This document shows, one piece after another, positions 61,119 through 64,000 of a stretch of DNA of 64,000 nt. The DNA is taken from the NCBI GenBank assembly GCA_963662315.1, contig OY759353.1, positions 2,464,001 through 2,528,000 on the forward strand. The letters are read 5' to 3'. How positions within the stretch are numbered: position 1 is the stretch's first letter; every line of letters starts with the position of its first letter. The position numbers and the translations under genes were made by a program. A model generated the notes under the pieces. The model made no database searches. It was given only the letters and a program-made list of their open reading frames with translations, and was not told the origin of the DNA. The stretch comes from Geopsychrobacteraceae bacterium. GTDB lineage: Bacteria; Desulfobacterota; Desulfuromonadia; Desulfuromonadales; Geopsychrobacteraceae.

Positions 61119-62675
61119 TTACTTGGGTTTGCCAAACCAACCGGTTTTTTCGACATAAGACTCGACGCGATTACGTCCTTTTCTCTTGGCGGTGTAAAGA
61201 GCTTTATCTGCCCGTTCAATAAGTTCGTTCTTCTTTAGACCTTTTTCCTCAACAGAAAAATATGCCACCCCGAAACTGATGGTGACACGGTAACTTTCAG
61301 AACCATATTCAAAAGCGTGCTGCTCGATCGCCTTTCTGATTTTATCAGCAGCGGTCAGGGCATCTTCCTGGTTCGTTTCAGGCAGAACAAAGACGAATTC
61401 TTCCCCACCATAGCGAGCGACCAGATCATACTCGCGAGTCAGCTCCTGACACAGCCTGGCGACCTCCTTAAGGACAAAATCGCCCGCCTGGTGTCCGTAA
61501 TAATCATTGAACTTCTTAAAATTATCAACATCTGCCAGAACAAGGCTTAGGCCATGTTGCAGCCGCACGGCCCGGCTGATCTCTTTATCCAGAAACTCCT
61601 GAAAATATCGATGGTTATAGATTTCCGTCAAACCGTCGAGGTTAGCGATCCCTTCAAGATAACGGTTTTTCTCTTCCAGATCGGCAGTCAGCTTCTCTAG
61701 TTGCATCTTGGCCTGCACCAGCTCACGATTCATCTGGTCGTAGCTCATATTCAGCAGACTCAGCTCAATATTGGCCTGCTGCAAAAGTTCAGGAATAGAC
61801 TGTGTTCCACTGATTTTCAGACCAAAATAATCAGCAGCCTTGGCAACCTCGACATGGACCTGGACCAGAATGTCGTCAATAGCCTTGGCATCGAGCTTAA
61901 ACATTCTCTGGGCACGCTCACGAAAAGGGGCATGGTAAGTAATCGGATGACCCGAATACATCATGTTGGCGATAAGGGCGGCTAAATGGACCACCTGGGT
62001 CACCATTTTAAGGTTTAAATCAGCACCTTTATATTGCTCCGGATCATGATGATACATGATGGGAATTGTCAAACTATCGGGGAAATGCCAGATTTTGGCG
62101 GCTTCACCACCAATGTAGGCATGGGTAGCTCCCAATTCACTTTCTTCCAAAGCCAGAAGACTTTTATCGCTCCCTTCAGCACGCTGTAACAGCTCGTCAT
62201 ACTGTTCCTTAAAGGCACATGCAAGAATCAATTTCCCCAGATTTTGCAGCAGACTAACGGTAAACGCCTCCTCCGGATCCATATCTGACACTTTACTCAT
62301 GATCAGCTTAGAGGCAACGGCCGCCGCAAGAGATTCTTCCCAGAAACGCTCATAGCTGAAACCGCCTCCATAGCGGGGACGCTCCATGTGCAAAAAGGAA
62401 AAGGATAAAACCAGACTCCGCACAGCCCGGGTCCCCAGAATAGCGACGGCTTGCTGAATTGTGCTGACTTCATTGGGGAAATTATAAAAGGAGGAGTTCA
62501 CGACTTTTAAAATTTTGGTCGAAAGAGACACATCCTGAGCAATCAACCGGGCAATATCAAAAGCCGTCGTCTCTTCTCTGGCAGTAATTTCAATCAGCTT
62601 GGAGGCTACGGTTGATAAGGTTGGCAGTGCTCCTGCCTTAATCACCTGATCAAGGACATCTTCTTTGGTGGTCAT
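61119..62675 (-). CDS. HDOD-GGDEF diguanylate cyclase
   Basis: LPTL...KILKVVNS HDOD domain; DGLT, DVDNFKKFND, RxxD I-site (REYD), GGEEF. Confidence 0.93.
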   Translation of the reverse strand: MTTKEDVLDQVIKAGALPTLSTVASKLIEITAREETTAFDIARLIAQDVSLSTKILKVVNSSFYNFPNEVSTIQQAVAILGTRAVRSLVLSFSFLHMERPRYGGGFSYERFWEESLAAAVASKLIMSKVSDMDPEEAFTVSLLQNLGKLILACAFKEQYDELLQRAEGSDKSLLALEESELGATHAYIGGEAAKIWHFPDSLTIPIMYHHDPEQYKGADLNLKMVTQVVHLAALIANMMYSGHPITYHAPFRERAQRMFKLDAKAIDDILVQVHVEVAKAADYFGLKISGTQSIPELLQQANIELSLLNMSYDQMNRELVQAKMQLEKLTADLEEKNRYLEGIANLDGLTEIYNHRYFQEFLDKEISRAVRLQHGLSLVLADVDNFKKFNDYYGHQAGDFVLKEVARLCQELTREYDLVARYGGEEFVFVLPETNQEDALTAADKIRKAIEQHAFEYGSESYRVTISFGVAYFSVEEKGLKKNELIERADKALYTAKRKGRNRVESYVEKTGWFGKPK

Positions 62676-63197
62676 CAACAATACCCTTCTAAGATAAAAT
62701 AGATATATATTCGCATCAGTTTAAAATTTTAAAGGATAGCAACAGAACTCACAACCGCAGCCTGCACATTTATCCCCATCAGGAATAAGGATAGCCTTGC
62801 AGCAAAAATACTAGCTGTGATATGAAATATAGTCAGTTTTTGTCTGGAAGCAGCCTTTTTTTTCGCAACCGCAGTGTCAATCTGAGCCTTTGCATGTGCG
62901 GCACAGGAAACTACGCCTGATCCTCAAAGGCTTGATTTCCTTGATCTTGCAAAAAATTGCTCGTTTCAATAGCAAAAACAAATTAGTTTTCAGTCTGAAA
63001 CGGTCTTTTTCACAACACCTATAGTAACCCGAGAGTCATTTTACGCAATGCCAAATCTGCGTCTGAACACTTTTCGAGTTTCGTGAAAACTACTCCGCTT
63101 TCTTTTTGATAAAACTGCTGCTCTGCTGAATAGATAAACCGCAAGCAGCGGATATAGTTATTTCTGTCTATTTTAAGAATCAGGAGAAATGCACATC

Positions 63198-64000
63198 ATG
63201 GAACTTAAAGTCCTGCCCCTAGCCGAACAGAAAGACAAATTTACCGACGAGAATAAGTTAGCCTTTGGCCAGATTTTTACCGATCGTATGTTTGTCATGG
63301 AATATGACAATGGTCAGGGTTGGCACTCCGCGCGTATTCAGCCCTATGGCCCCCTTTCTCTCGATCCGGCAGCAATGGTTCTGCACTACTCACAGGAAAT
63401 CTTCGAAGGATTAAAAGCCTTTCGACGCCCTGATGGCACAATTGCCATGTTCCGCCCGACCGATAATATTGAGCGCTTTAATCGGAGCGCACGGCGCATG
63501 TGCATGCCGGAAGTTGACCAACAGTTCTTCCTCGATGCCATGCTAGAACTGGTGCGGCTGGAAGCTGACTGGGTTCCTCAAAGCCTGGGAACCAGTCTGT
63601 ATATCCGCCCAACCATGATTGCCACCGAAGCCATTCTCGGAGTCCGGCCCTCCAGCAAGTACCTCTGCTACATCATTCTCTCCCCGGTTGGTGCCTACTA
63701 TAAAGGAGGGATTGCTCCGGTCAAAATCTGGATTTCGGATCATTACGTCCGCGCTACCGAAGGCGGTACAGGAGAAGCAAAAACCGGTGGTAACTACGCA
63801 GCCAGCCTCTTTGCTGCTAAACAGGCTGCCGAAGCGGGTTATGACCAGGTTCTGTGGCTGGACGCCAAAGAAAAGCGCTATGTCGAAGAAGTCGGCAGCA
63901 TGAACATGCTGTTCCTGTATGATGGCAAGATTGTCACATCGCCATTGCACGGTACTGTCCTTGACGGCATCACCCGTCGTTCGGCTCTGACCCTGTTAAA
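63198..64000 (+). CDS. ilvE: Branched-chain amino acid aminotransferase, 5' part; runs off the right edge
   Basis: Manual translation MELKVLPL...FGQIFTDRMF...LHYSQEIFEGLKAF...KTGGNYA...LDGITR; not in the ORF track. Confidence 0.95.
   Translation, partial: MELKVLPLAEQKDKFTDENKLAFGQIFTDRMFVMEYDNGQGWHSARIQPYGPLSLDPAAMVLHYSQEIFEGLKAFRRPDGTIAMFRPTDNIERFNRSARRMCMPEVDQQFFLDAMLELVRLEADWVPQSLGTSLYIRPTMIATEAILGVRPSSKYLCYIILSPVGAYYKGGIAPVKIWISDHYVRATEGGTGEAKTGGNYAASLFAAKQAAEAGYDQVLWLDAKEKRYVEEVGSMNMLFLYDGKIVTSPLHGTVLDGITRRSALTLL

Noticed and set aside
62875..62945. c-di-GMP/cGAMP (GEMM) riboswitch upstream of the HDOD-GGDEF gene
   Set aside because: A stem AGCCTTTG/CAAAGGCT is present, but the GGCAAA/GNRA/GACGCAAA core is not found on either strand

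Overview
Core-chromosome window of a Desulfuromonadia-type deltaproteobacterium (about 50% GC by eye; the GSU3473-family protein, small c-cytochrome and rng-rplU-rpmA-obgE-proBA-nadD-rsfS-rlmH order resemble Geobacter/Pelobacter/Geopsychrobacter). About 70 CDS, mostly housekeeping (groESL with CIRCE, radA, dksA, gpmI, murI, scpA-meaB-mce, ilvE, TRAP transporter, cobalamin genes). I saw no tRNA, rRNA, CRISPR array or prophage. Main observations: (1) an intact RAYT/Y1-transposase homologue with its HUH histidines and catalytic tyrosine replaced, sitting between rng and rplU, a candidate domesticated protein; (2) a split class III ribonucleotide reductase whose glycyl-radical tail is a separate 48-aa ORF, coupled to an nrdG that has no canonical start codon; (3) an iron-starvation module (LbtU-like porin, DUF3793, Cys-tailed Crp/Fnr, flavodoxin, DUF2325) with three Fur boxes and two perfect TGTGA-N6-TCACA sites at class II spacing; (4) a riboswitch-like leader with a terminator before nfeD-SPFH; (5) an unlisted 44-aa CxxC lipoprotein under a sigma-54 promoter in front of the major porin. 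All family assignments come from motif recognition; no database search was run.
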